Shown here: in pieces, positions 31,443-41,309 of the stretch | How positions within the stretch are numbered: the first letter of the stretch is position 1 | Layout of the letters: each line of letters begins with the position of its first letter | NCBI GenBank assembly: GCA_036507075.1 | Contig: DASXQR010000152.1 | Span: 91,189-155,188, forward strand | DNA length: 64,000 nucleotides | Direction: 5' to 3' | Origin: Acidobacteriota bacterium | Lineage (GTDB): Bacteria > Acidobacteriota > UBA6911 > JACQSX01 | The notes under the pieces: generated by a model | What the model was told of the DNA's origin: nothing | The model's database searches: none | What the model saw: the letters and a program-made list of their open reading frames with translations, nothing else | Position numbers and translations under genes: made by a program

Positions 31443-32764
31443 CAGTAGTGTCCGGTTAAAAGTCATTGAAAACGAGCTGTTTGCATGTTTGGATTTCTTC
31501 GATTTTGTAGTCTTGTTCTGTAAGTACCTGTGAAATGGGCCTTCTCTCGAACAACGAGATGCTGAGAATTTGTAGAATCGTGTAGAGGCTCAAATCGAGC
31601 TTGAGACGTTTTTTGATGATCGCCACGAGCACGTAAACAGAAACGGCAATCCAGATCTGAGTCTTGATCGCGTTTTCCGAAATGCCGTAAAACTTTTTGA
31701 TCCTGAGGTGTTGCTTGACCCATTTGAAAAACAGTTCGATTTGCCAACGGCATTTGTACAGTTGCGCAATGATCAGAGCGGGCAAATGAAAATTGTTGGT
31801 CAAGAAAATAAGTCGTTTGTCCTGTTGCGCATCCAAATACCGGATGCGCCGCAGTTTGTCTGGATAGCCTTTCTTGGGATAAAAGCTGGTCAAAACAATC
31901 GTCTGGTCGCATTGCAATCCCAGATTCTTGTCGACCGGATGTGAATAGAGTCGGTAGAAATGGAAGTCCTTGCGTGGTCGAATAATGAAGAAGGCCAGCC
32001 CTTGGGTGAAGCGATACAGTCGTTGAAAATCCAAGTACGCGCGATCCATTACGTAGATGGCTCCAGGCTCTGGCATCAGCTCGTCCAGAATATGAATCTC
32101 GTGAAAACGCGCCGTGGTAACGCGGATAAACGAGGGGATGTTGCCTCGCAGATCCAGCAGTGTGTGCAGTTTGACCGCGGCGTTTTTCTCGCGGTACTGA
32201 GCCCACGGAAACAGCGAAAGACACAAATCGATGGTAGTACAGTCCAGAGCGTACGTTGTTTGATCCAGTTGCACTCCAAATTCTTCGCTCGAGTACAAGG
32301 TGCGAGCCGTGCCGATCAGGACCCGTGCAAAATCGGCATAAATTCTCCAATCTCGACTTTCGTTGGCATCGCTCAAGGTACTGCGCGAAATCCTGCCGCG
32401 GATTCCCAAGTGATAAAGCTTGCCTTGCATGGTGCGCAGACAAGTCTCCACATCGCGCAGGCTCTCGCGACAAGTCACCTGAGCAAATGCCATGCACAAG
32501 AACTGGTCCCAACAACTGAATGTTCGTACTCGGTAATTCCCATCGTAACGTTTGGCGCATCGACTGAACTCGTAATGCGGAACAAACTCCATGAGCTGTG
32601 CAAAAACCGTGCGACCTTGGTTCATCAGACGTTTCCCTCCTTGGGGCGAAAGGATTGTCTGAAACGAAGTTTGGATTCAAATCGTTTAAACTCAAATTTA
32701 TCGCCAACTCATTGCCGTTTTTGATGTTGTAGTAATCTTAAAAAATCTTAACCGGACAGTACTG
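31443..32764 (-). mobile_element. IS4-family insertion sequence, 1322 bp, 17-bp TIRs, 9-bp target duplication ACAACGGAC
   Basis: CAGTAGTGTCCGGTTAA and TTAACCGGACAGTACTG (one mismatch); direct repeats at 31434-31442 and 32765-32773. Confidence 0.93.
31456..32625 (-). CDS. IS4 family DDE transposase (DUF4372-type N-terminus)
   Basis: LDCTTI, MDRAY, YKCRWQIELFFK (YREK motif). Confidence 0.95.
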   Translation of the reverse strand: MNQGRTVFAQLMEFVPHYEFSRCAKRYDGNYRVRTFSCWDQFLCMAFAQVTCRESLRDVETCLRTMQGKLYHLGIRGRISRSTLSDANESRDWRIYADFARVLIGTARTLYSSEEFGVQLDQTTYALDCTTIDLCLSLFPWAQYREKNAAVKLHTLLDLRGNIPSFIRVTTARFHEIHILDELMPEPGAIYVMDRAYLDFQRLYRFTQGLAFFIIRPRKDFHFYRLYSHPVDKNLGLQCDQTIVLTSFYPKKGYPDKLRRIRYLDAQQDKRLIFLTNNFHLPALIIAQLYKCRWQIELFFKWVKQHLRIKKFYGISENAIKTQIWIAVSVYVLVAIIKKRLKLDLSLYTILQILSISLFERRPISQVLTEQDYKIEEIQTCKQLVFNDF

Positions 32765-32874
32765 ACAACGGACCACTGACAACTGACAACTGACCACGGC
32801 CCAACCTTTGTGCTCTTTGTGTCTTTGTGGTTAGATCTGCATGTCACAATGCACTTTGAAACCGTCTGGGACCC

Positions 32875-33915
32875 ATGATCAAAGGAAGCCTGCTTCAACG
32901 GCGCTCGGCGCTCGCCACCACCAGCGAGCAGATTCGTATCCTGGAGGAAAATGTAAGTATTCCTCCCTTTAATTCCACGCTCAGCCGTCATGGACTATCC
33001 ACGCTGCACGCGGCTGAAATCGAAATTTTTCAGATCAACGTCGGGAAACTTTGCAACCAGACCTGCGCTCACTGCCATGTCGACGCAGGCCCGGATCGGT
33101 TGGAAGTGATGACGCGCGAAACCATGGCCGACTGCCTGGCGGCGCTGGCGAAGACCTCCATTCCAAAAGTGGACATCACCGGAGGAGCTCCCGAGCTTAA
33201 TCCGGATTTTCGCTGGCTGGTGCAGCAGGCACGTTCGCTGGGCCGGCATGTGATGGACCGGTGCAACCTCACCGTGCTGCAGGTGAAGGGACAGGAGGAT
33301 CTGCCCGATTTTCTGGCCCGGCATCAGGCGGAAGTAATCTGTTCCCTTCCTTATTACCAGGCGCGGGAAACCGATCGCCAGCGCGGCCTGGGCGTCTTTC
33401 AGCGATCCGTTGATGCGCTTCAGGCGCTCAACCGGCGCGGCTACGGCAAAGCTGGAACCGGACTGCTGCTGAACCTGGTCTATAACCCGGTCGGAGCATT
33501 CCTTCCCGGACCTCAGAAATCCCTGGAAGCGGACTTCAAACGCAACTTGCTGGCAAAATATGGAATTGAATTCAACAATCTCTATTGCATCACCAACATG
33601 CCGATCAGCCGCTTCCTGGAGTTCCTGCTCGCATCGGGCAACTACCAGCATTACATGGAGCGGTTGCTGCAGGCCTTCAATCCGGCTGCCGTGCAGGGAC
33701 TGATGTGCCGCAATACGCTTTCGGTCGGTTGGGACGGGCGGCTCTACGACTGTGATTTTAATCAAATGCTCGATCTGGAACTCTGCTCTCCAGCGCCGCG
33801 GCATATCCGCGATTTCAATCTCCAAGCGCTCAACGGCCGCAGGATCGTGACCGGACGCCACTGCTATGGATGTACCGCCGGCGCCGGCTCGAGCTGCGGC
33901 GGGGCGGTGGCGTAG
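32875..33915 (+). CDS. arsS: ArsS-like radical SAM protein (arsenosugar-type, DUF3641)
   Basis: CNQTCAHC, DITGGAPE, NMPISRF, DCDFNQML, HCYGCTAGAGSSCGG. Confidence 0.88.
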   Translation: MIKGSLLQRRSALATTSEQIRILEENVSIPPFNSTLSRHGLSTLHAAEIEIFQINVGKLCNQTCAHCHVDAGPDRLEVMTRETMADCLAALAKTSIPKVDITGGAPELNPDFRWLVQQARSLGRHVMDRCNLTVLQVKGQEDLPDFLARHQAEVICSLPYYQARETDRQRGLGVFQRSVDALQALNRRGYGKAGTGLLLNLVYNPVGAFLPGPQKSLEADFKRNLLAKYGIEFNNLYCITNMPISRFLEFLLASGNYQHYMERLLQAFNPAAVQGLMCRNTLSVGWDGRLYDCDFNQMLDLELCSPAPRHIRDFNLQALNGRRIVTGRHCYGCTAGAGSSCGGAVA

Positions 33916-33934
33916 ATGCAATGAGTGGAGTGAC

Positions 33935-34103
33935 GGAGGCAGCAGGCAGAAGGCTGAAGGCAGGAGGCAGGAGGCAGCAGGCTGAATGAGGGAAGCGGAG
34001 TCTAGACTTTGTGCCGGGAGTCTCTTGCATGGAAACCATTCCACATGGAGTTCCGCCTTCTGCCTCCTGCCTCCTGCCTGCTGTTTCCTGCCTCCTGCCT
34101 TCC
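33935..34103. repeat. Inverted GGCAGGA/CCTGCCT heptamer arrays
   Basis: Read directly. Confidence 0.8.
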
Positions 34104-34133
34104 GCATTCTCCGGTCGATAGCAATGTATCGCG

Positions 34134-34823
34134 ATGAACACACCGTCCATTTCCGTCATCATCATCTGCCGGAATGAAGAGGCGCAGCTTCGGGAACTGC
34201 TGCCGGAATTGCTGCTGTTTCCCGAACTGGAATTGATCGTAGCGGACGGTGAAAGCAGCGACCAGACGCGGCAACTGGTGGAATCTTTCGGCTGTCGTTA
34301 TATCCGGACACCCTGCGGCCGCGGCCGCCAGCTCAACGCGGGCGCTCAAGTAGCTCGCGGCGAGACGCTTCTTTTCCTGCACGCGGATTGCCGCCTTGCC
34401 AGGGGATGGAAAGCAGAGCTGGAATCTGCGCTGAAAAATCCCGAAGTAGTGGGAGGCGCGTTTTCTCTGAAGCTTTGCGGCGGGCGTCCGTGGCTGGATC
34501 GGTATCTGTCGTGGACGGGAACCTTGAACGCGCGCAATTCCCAGGTTTTCCTCGGCGATCATTCCATCTTTGTGCGTCGCGGCGTATTCGAACAAATCGG
34601 CGGCTTCCCCGAATTGAAGCTGATGGAGGATTACCATTTCTCCCGGGAGCTGCGAAAAGCGGGCAAGCTGGTGCAACTGAGATCGGCCTCCATCGCTTCG
34701 TCGCGACGCTTTGTGCGGAACGGATATTTAAAAACAGTGGTGCAAATGCGGCTGTTGCGCCTCTACGGCAGGTTCGGTTTATCCAGCCCCCGACTGGAGC
34801 GCTGGTACCTGCAGGGGCGGTAA
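34134..34823 (+). CDS. GT2 glycosyltransferase, TIGR04283-like
   Basis: GRGRQLNAGA, LLFLHAD, GDHSIFV, LMED, SSRRF. Confidence 0.88.
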   Translation: MNTPSISVIIICRNEEAQLRELLPELLLFPELELIVADGESSDQTRQLVESFGCRYIRTPCGRGRQLNAGAQVARGETLLFLHADCRLARGWKAELESALKNPEVVGGAFSLKLCGGRPWLDRYLSWTGTLNARNSQVFLGDHSIFVRRGVFEQIGGFPELKLMEDYHFSRELRKAGKLVQLRSASIASSRRFVRNGYLKTVVQMRLLRLYGRFGLSSPRLERWYLQGR

Positions 34824-34850
34824 ATCCGAAAATCCGAGTAATAATTTTTC

Positions 34851-34991
34851 GCCACAAAGACACAAAGGCACAAAGACACAAAAGCGGGACGAGGGGCAGG
34901 CATAGTCCGGTCAGGTCTCAAAGGGAACTGGTACGTGTTCTGAGGTGACCGGACTTGCTCCTCGTCTGACTTTGTGTCTTTGTGGTGAAAA
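34851..34991. mobile_element. Hairpin MITE-like element, copy 2 of 3
   Basis: GGACGAGGGGCAG...CGGTCAGGTCTCAAAG core shared with 44794. Confidence 0.75.
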
Positions 34992-34994
34992 CTG

Positions 34995-35642
34995 ATGCGC
35001 GAATTTAGGAGAATCGTCTTCGGAGTTGCCGTGGTCGGCTTGCTTACGCTTGCGCTCTGGCCGTATCGAGGGCGGCTCCAATCACTTTCGCCGCAGCTTT
35101 TGAAGGGACTGCTTCTGCAGTGGGGTTTCTGGCAAGGTGCGGCGCTGTACGTAATGGTTTACTCATTCAGCATTCGTCCTTTTGTTCCCATCCCTCCAAC
35201 GCTTTACACATTGGCGGGGGGCCTGACCTTTGGTCCTTTGTGGGGAACAATTCTGACCGATATCGGGGCAACGATAAACGCGTCGATCACCTTCCTGCTG
35301 GCGCGGTATTTCGGCAGGGAGTGGGTCGTGAAGCATGCCCGCGGCGGGTGGGCCAATGCGCAACGCAGGCTCTCAGGCGCAGGATTTGTGACAATCCTGT
35401 TGGTTCGCTTGTCTCCGGTTGGCCCCCCTTATGATCTGGTCAGCTACGCGGCGGGCGTCACAGGCATTCGGTTCCGGGATTACTTCTGGGCGACTGCGCT
35501 CGGCATCCTCCCGGCAGTCGCCGCGTACAGTTATTTCGGAGAGGCGATAACCAAAGGAGTTGTCGGCCTGCTCACGGCTCTCTTCGGCCTGGTCCTCCTT
35601 TCGATCGCCTTGCCCTGGCTGTGGAAGAAAACCTTTAATTGA
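34995..35642 (+). CDS. TVP38/TMEM64 (DedA superfamily) membrane protein
   Basis: GGLTFGPLWG, FLLARYFGR, RLSPVGPPYD, ATALGILP. Confidence 0.88.
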   Translation: MREFRRIVFGVAVVGLLTLALWPYRGRLQSLSPQLLKGLLLQWGFWQGAALYVMVYSFSIRPFVPIPPTLYTLAGGLTFGPLWGTILTDIGATINASITFLLARYFGREWVVKHARGGWANAQRRLSGAGFVTILLVRLSPVGPPYDLVSYAAGVTGIRFRDYFWATALGILPAVAAYSYFGEAITKGVVGLLTALFGLVLLSIALPWLWKKTFN

Positions 35643-35654
35643 CACTCTGCCCAC

Positions 35655-35719
35655 AATTGGGGGACTGTCCCCATTTTTAATTGGGGGACTGTCCCCATTT
35701 TTAATTCCCATTTTTAATT
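35655..35719. repeat. Tandem 24-bp AATTGGGGGACTGTCCCCATTTTT palindromes
   Basis: Two exact copies plus a partial one. Confidence 0.85.
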
Positions 35720-36010
35720 CACGGTTTGAATCTCGGCTGGGGCGGCGGTTCGCTGCGCAAGGTTCATGAATTTTTTCCGCATCTGACGCTCGAGGCTGGG
35801 GCGAACTTCCCTCCTCAAAAGCAAAGGCTTCACCTGGGATTCGCGGCGCCCGCGTTCAAGCTGCAATAGAGAAGCAGCAGGGCGGGCAGCGGGAGCTGTG
35901 ACCGACGGGCCGCAACTGACCGGGGGGCCTAACTCCAGCTCAGATGGCTCAATTACGGGCGGTGCAAGCGCGACCATAGACAACAAAGCCAGCAGAAAAA
36001 TCCTATTCAT
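35714..36010 (-). CDS. Possible small exported hypothetical protein
   Basis: Signal-peptide-like start with a plausible AGGA RBS; no family recognised. Confidence 0.35.
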   Translation of the reverse strand: MNRIFLLALLSMVALAPPVIEPSELELGPPVSCGPSVTAPAARPAASLLQLERGRRESQVKPLLLRREVRPSLERQMRKKFMNLAQRTAAPAEIQTVN

Positions 36011-36228
36011 CGCAATTTTTTCCTGATTTTAAAGGTGCTCTTTCTCGACATAACAATCTTCAGAACTGCACGTGCAAATTCCATTCCAACCCGGGGATTC
36101 TTGTCATAAAATTCGCCTATCTATTTTTTTCTTTTAAACCTCGAGAGCCTCCAAAAAACTATGCTGGTGGCAAACGCAGGCCGTCCTTTAAGGGGGCATT
36201 CCCCAGGGAAACAATCCAGGAGGTGTGT

Positions 36229-37599
36229 ATGAAAGCTACGGTTCAGAAGCTGACCGGACGACGCGCGTTCTTTAAGTCTTTTGGAGCTGCAGCGGCAGGA
36301 ATCGGAGCCGCCGGCCTGCTCACCGATGCCGATATGGAAGGGGCGACACAAAATGTGAACCGCAGTTCCATGCCCTCTCAATTGAAAATCACCGATCTGA
36401 GAGTGGCCGTCGTCGAGCGCGCCCCGATGACCTGTCCCATTATCCGCATTGACACCAATCAGGGGATTTCCGGGTACGGCGAAGTTCGCGATGGCGCAAG
36501 CAAAGTTTACGCGCTCATGCTCAAGAGCCGCATCCTGGGCGAAAACCCGTGCAGCGTCGACAAGATCTTCCGCAAGATTAAGCAGTTCGGTTTCCACGCC
36601 CGGCAAGGCGGCGGTGTATCAGGGGTGGAAATGGCCTGCTGGGACCTGGCGGGGAAGGCCTTCGGCGTGCCCGTGTATCAAATGCTCGGAGGCAAGTTCC
36701 GGGACAGAGTGCGCCTGTACGCGGACACCACCGAATCGCGCGACCCCAAAGTGATGGGCCAGCGGTTAAAAGACCGGATGGAAGCCAAAGGCCTCACCTG
36801 GCTCAAGATGGATCTGGGAATGGACATTGTCAGCAGCATTCCCGGGACCGTGAGCCGGCCTGCCGGCGCCGAGATGGAACAGCGCGGCCGCGTGATGCAT
36901 CCCTTCACCGGCATTGAGCTCACCGACAAGGGTATCAGCCTGATGTCCGATTTTGTGGCGCAGGTGCGCGAGGTCATCGGGATCGAGGTCCCGCTGGCCA
37001 CCGACCACTTCGGCCATATCGGCCTGAACAGTTGTATCCGCCTGGCACGCGCCATGGAAAAACACCAACTGGCCTGGATGGAAGACATGATCCCCTGGCA
37101 ATTCACCGATCTGCTCAAAAAGATCACCGACTCGGTGGACATTCCCATTCTGACGGGAGAAGACATTTACCTGAAGGAAGAATTCGCAAAACTGGTGAAT
37201 GGGAAGGCGGTCGACATGATTCATCCTGACCTGGCCACGGCGGGCGGAATTCTGGAAACCAAGAAAATCGGCGACCTTGCCATGGAGGGCGGGGTGGCCA
37301 TGGCGATGCACTTTGCAGGCTCTCCCGTCTCCTTTATGGCAAACGTGCATTGCGCGGCAGCCACGGAAAACTTCATGTGCCTGGAACATCATTCGCTCGA
37401 TATTCCGTGGTGGGAAGACATGGTGACCGGAATTCAAAAGCCTCTGAACAACCGCGGCTTTGTTACCGTTCCCGACACTCCGGGTCTGGGCGTCGAGTTG
37501 AACGAGGAAGTAATCAAGCAGCACCTGCGCGAGCCGGGATATTTCGAGCCGACCAAAGAATGGGATACAGAACGCGCTAACGATCGCTTGTGGAGCTAG
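36229..37599 (+). CDS. Mandelate racemase/MLE (enolase superfamily) enzyme with a Tat-like leader
   Basis: TGRRAFFK, WDLAGK, WLKMD, WMED, TGED, HPD; AGGAGG RBS. Confidence 0.9.
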   Translation: MKATVQKLTGRRAFFKSFGAAAAGIGAAGLLTDADMEGATQNVNRSSMPSQLKITDLRVAVVERAPMTCPIIRIDTNQGISGYGEVRDGASKVYALMLKSRILGENPCSVDKIFRKIKQFGFHARQGGGVSGVEMACWDLAGKAFGVPVYQMLGGKFRDRVRLYADTTESRDPKVMGQRLKDRMEAKGLTWLKMDLGMDIVSSIPGTVSRPAGAEMEQRGRVMHPFTGIELTDKGISLMSDFVAQVREVIGIEVPLATDHFGHIGLNSCIRLARAMEKHQLAWMEDMIPWQFTDLLKKITDSVDIPILTGEDIYLKEEFAKLVNGKAVDMIHPDLATAGGILETKKIGDLAMEGGVAMAMHFAGSPVSFMANVHCAAATENFMCLEHHSLDIPWWEDMVTGIQKPLNNRGFVTVPDTPGLGVELNEEVIKQHLREPGYFEPTKEWDTERANDRLWS

Positions 37600-37653
37600 G
37601 ACCTAATCTGACTTTGTGTCCTTTGTGTCTTTGTGGTGAAAAAAGGAGATTCC

Positions 37654-40600
37654 ATGGAATGCAAAAAAGCCCGAACAATTCTTTCGGTAGTACTGTGTTT
37701 GATCCTTTCAGCGTTTGTCCACGGCCAGTCTGACCGGGGGACTCTTACAGGGACCGTCACAGACAGCTCAGGAAGTGTCATCCCCGGCGCAACCGTGACG
37801 GCCACCAATCAGAACACCAATGTCTCTGCGCGCACCATTACCACAGATGACGGTTTATACGTCATCCCGGCCTTAGTGCCTGGGACCTACAAGATTCGAG
37901 TGGAGCTGACCGGATTCAAAGCGGCCGAGCAGGCCGACGTCAATATCGCGGCTGCCACCACCACGCGCGTGAATCTGGCATTGACGGTGGGAGAGATCTC
38001 AGAATCTGTGCAGGTCACAAGCGCCCCATTCCAGCTCCAGACGGAAAACGCAAAGATCTCCGCGCAGGTTTCCAACAAAATGGTGGATGAACTGCCGCTG
38101 GTTGTCGGCGGTGCGGTGCGAAGCCCGTTTGATCTGGCGCTGATTACGCCGGAAGCCAAGCAGGTGGAAGGCACCGGCCCGAATAAAGATGAAGCTTTTG
38201 CGCTGGGCGGCGGCCAGGTTGCAAGCTGGGGGATCACCCTGGATGGAGTCTCCGCGGGAACGGGACGCTTCGCATCGGTTGAGTGGGCGAGCGTCAACAC
38301 GCCTTCCCTGGACGCGATTACAGAATTCACCGTGGACACCAACGGCTTCAAAGCCGAGTACGGGCGAGCGTCGGGGGGCATCATGTCTTTCGCGTCCAAA
38401 TCGGGGACCAACCAGTTTCATGGGACGCTTTACGAGTTTTTGCGCAACGACGTTTTTGACGCGCGGCGTTTCTTCGAAGACAAACGCGGCATTTACAAGC
38501 AGCACGATTTTGGCTGGAGCGTGGGAGGTCCCGTCTGGATTCCGAAACTTTACCACGGAAAGAACCGGACTTTCTTTTTCAGCTCGATGGAATGGTTCCG
38601 CAATCGAGTCGGAGCTTCCAGTGAACGATTCAGCGTTCCCACGCCCGAGATGTACCGGGGCGATTTCAGCAATTGGGTGGATCAGAACGGAAGAAAGATC
38701 ACTATTTACGATCCTGCAACGACACGCGCCAATCCCAGCGGAACAGGCTTCATCCGCGATCCATTTCCCAACAACTTGATTCCGGAATCCCGTTTTTCGA
38801 ATTTTGCCAAGGCAGTACTCAAAGTGGCTGGGAATGTTGGATTCCCCAACAACAATGCGGCGCCTGGGACCAGCGACTACGTGCGCAACAACTACATCAA
38901 CAACAGCGGCGTGGTGCTCGATCCCTGGACCAAGTTCAGCGTCAAGGCCGATCACAACTTCTCTGATAACAACAAAGTGAATTTTCTTTACCACTACGGA
39001 ACGCACCTGAGAAACCCGGGCTCGGAAGGCTTCCCCGGGTTGCCCGGAGCACTCAGCAACGGCCGCACGGGAAACCAGCGCACCGACGTCTATCGCGCCG
39101 CATACACCTGGGTAATCCGCCCCACGCTGGTCAATCAGATGTACGGGGGAGGAAACAACTGGCGCGAGCTGAATGCCTCCATTAACGCCACCGGCGGATG
39201 GAAGGATCGCGGAGTCTGCCTGCAGAATGCCTTCGATTGCGACAAGAATTTCGTGCAGGTTGAATTTTCAGACTTCCAGAGATGGGGAGATTCGGCCGGT
39301 GATGGTTCTGAAAACACAGTCTATTCTTTTGGCGACGACCTCACGCTGATTAGAGGCAAACACAACTTCAAGACGGGTTATGCGTGGGAGCGGATCCATT
39401 ACAACGGTTTCGGGCGTCAGACCATGTCGGGCCTGGTGAGGGGCGATCGCCGCAGCACCAGCATTCCGGGAAATAATAATCTCTCCACCGGCGGTGGAAA
39501 CGGGTTCGCCTCTTTCCTCCTCGGTGAGTCCTTCTCCGGCGGGACAGAAAACGACCGTTTCGTGGGCCAGCAGTGGCGCAGTCATGCCTGGTACTTTCAG
39601 GATGACTGGAAGTTTTCGCATCGACTGACGCTGAACCTGGGGGTGCGTTATGAGTTCACCCTTCCGCCGCTGGAGCGCGATAACAAGTGGAGCGACTTTA
39701 CTCCGGACAAACCGAATCCCGGAGCGGACGGCTTTCACGGGGCGCTTCGCTTTGCCGGTTTCGGGCCGGGTCGCGAGAACAGCAGAACGCTGGTTGATGG
39801 ATGGTATGGCGGAATCGGCCCGCGCTTTGGAATGGCCTACAGCTTTAATGACAAGACGGTGGTGCGTGCATCGGCCGCGCGCAGTTTTGGAATAGTAAAG
39901 ACTGTCACGGGCAGCACGCACTTTGAAGGCGCCATCAGTATTTTCCGTCCCAGCTCGGGCGACAACGGGATTACTCCGGCCTTCCGCCTGGACAATGGAT
40001 TGCCGCCCTTTCCGCGGCCACCCAGCATCGATCCCGCGTTTTCAAATGGAAACAATACAGCTTACTGGGACAACGAAGCGGTGCGACTGCCGGAAAGTTA
40101 TGACTGGACTCTCTCGATCCAGAGACAGCTCACCAAGAGCTTGATGTTTGAGACGTCATACAACGCCACCATCGGGGCGCACCTGGTATCGGGGCTAAAG
40201 AATCCCAATCAAGTGCCTTTTTCCGCCTTCCAGAAATACGGAATCACCGTGCTGCAGAGCAACATCAACTCGGATCTGGCCAAAGCGGCTGGCATCACAA
40301 AACCTTATCCGAGCTTCAACGGCAGCGTGGCGCAGGCGCTCCGCCCCTATCCGCAGTACCTGAACATTCAGACCCGGGAGGGTCACGGCGATAAGAGCGG
40401 TCACTCAACCTACCACGCCTGGCTGATGAAGCTGGAAAAGAGGTACTCGACCGGATTCACGCTTCAGACGTCTTATGTTTTTTCAAAACTGCTGACCGAT
40501 TCGGACAGCTATGTCGGCGATAACGCCGCCATAGATCACTACAACCGTTTCCTCGAAAAATCGATCGGGCAGTATGATCAGACTCACTCTTTTAAGACCA

Positions 40601-41136
40601 GCTACATCTGGGAAATGCCCTTTGGTTCGGGGAGAAGATGGTTAACTCAAGGTCCGCTCTCTTATGCCCTGGGCGGGTGGCGGCTGGCGGCCTTTCATTA
40701 TTACGCCAGCGGCACACCGATGGAGCTCACGAACAACAACAGCTATAACATCTTCAATGGCCGGGGGGCGGCCACGGTAACCACCTATGACGGATGGCTT
40801 GCCAATCAGGAACATCCTGACTGGAAGGGCGCCGACCGCTATTTTCAGGCGCCCTCCTTCTTTGGCCCGCAGCCCACCGACAGGCTTGGCAACACAACCA
40901 GGCACAATCCAAAGGCCCGCACTCCGGCCAATCTGGGAGAAAACTTTTCGCTGGCTAAATCTTTCTTCTTCACTGAAACGACCAAGCTCGATTTTCGGTG
41001 GGAAGCTTTCAACGCCTTTAACCGCACTCGATTCGATCCGGGCAGCCGCAATGTTGCGGACCCCAATTTCGGCAGGGTGCAGGCTCAAATCAATCAACCG
41101 AGGCGAATGCAGTTTGCGTTGAAGTTGTATTTTTGA
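37654..41136 (+). CDS. TonB-dependent receptor-like (Oar-type) protein with carboxypeptidase-regulatory N-domain
   Basis: GTVTDSSG, AEYGR, KSGTNQFHG, YFQDDWK, C-terminal RRMQFALKLYF. Confidence 0.92.
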   Translation: MECKKARTILSVVLCLILSAFVHGQSDRGTLTGTVTDSSGSVIPGATVTATNQNTNVSARTITTDDGLYVIPALVPGTYKIRVELTGFKAAEQADVNIAAATTTRVNLALTVGEISESVQVTSAPFQLQTENAKISAQVSNKMVDELPLVVGGAVRSPFDLALITPEAKQVEGTGPNKDEAFALGGGQVASWGITLDGVSAGTGRFASVEWASVNTPSLDAITEFTVDTNGFKAEYGRASGGIMSFASKSGTNQFHGTLYEFLRNDVFDARRFFEDKRGIYKQHDFGWSVGGPVWIPKLYHGKNRTFFFSSMEWFRNRVGASSERFSVPTPEMYRGDFSNWVDQNGRKITIYDPATTRANPSGTGFIRDPFPNNLIPESRFSNFAKAVLKVAGNVGFPNNNAAPGTSDYVRNNYINNSGVVLDPWTKFSVKADHNFSDNNKVNFLYHYGTHLRNPGSEGFPGLPGALSNGRTGNQRTDVYRAAYTWVIRPTLVNQMYGGGNNWRELNASINATGGWKDRGVCLQNAFDCDKNFVQVEFSDFQRWGDSAGDGSENTVYSFGDDLTLIRGKHNFKTGYAWERIHYNGFGRQTMSGLVRGDRRSTSIPGNNNLSTGGGNGFASFLLGESFSGGTENDRFVGQQWRSHAWYFQDDWKFSHRLTLNLGVRYEFTLPPLERDNKWSDFTPDKPNPGADGFHGALRFAGFGPGRENSRTLVDGWYGGIGPRFGMAYSFNDKTVVRASAARSFGIVKTVTGSTHFEGAISIFRPSSGDNGITPAFRLDNGLPPFPRPPSIDPAFSNGNNTAYWDNEAVRLPESYDWTLSIQRQLTKSLMFETSYNATIGAHLVSGLKNPNQVPFSAFQKYGITVLQSNINSDLAKAAGITKPYPSFNGSVAQALRPYPQYLNIQTREGHGDKSGHSTYHAWLMKLEKRYSTGFTLQTSYVFSKLLTDSDSYVGDNAAIDHYNRFLEKSIGQYDQTHSFKTSYIWEMPFGSGRRWLTQGPLSYALGGWRLAAFHYYASGTPMELTNNNSYNIFNGRGAATVTTYDGWLANQEHPDWKGADRYFQAPSFFGPQPTDRLGNTTRHNPKARTPANLGENFSLAKSFFFTETTKLDFRWEAFNAFNRTRFDPGSRNVADPNFGRVQAQINQPRRMQFALKLYF

Positions 41137-41149
41137 TTAGAAGAGGTAA

Positions 41150-41198
41150 TTCACCACCAAGACACAAAGGCACTATTGTGTCTTGGTGTCTTGGGTGG
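41150..41198. repeat. CACCAAG-type inverted repeat
   Basis: Directly downstream of the receptor stop codon. Confidence 0.7.
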
Positions 41199-41200
41199 AA

Positions 41201-41294
41201 GGGGTCAGGTCTTCAGAATTCATTTTTTGCACATTTACTCGTGCTTCCCATCTTCAAAATTCATTCAAAAAATGAATTCTGAAGACCTGACCCC
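41201..41294. mobile_element. 94-bp element with a perfect 29-bp inverted repeat GGGGTCAGGTCTTCAGAATTCATTTTTTG
   Basis: Arms are exact reverse complements. Confidence 0.8.
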
Positions 41295-41309
41295 TATCCG
41301 GAGGAATCC

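Noticed and set aside
33880..33915. Selenocysteine at the ArsS C-terminus
   Set aside because: The SSCGG cysteine is TGC and the stop is TAG.
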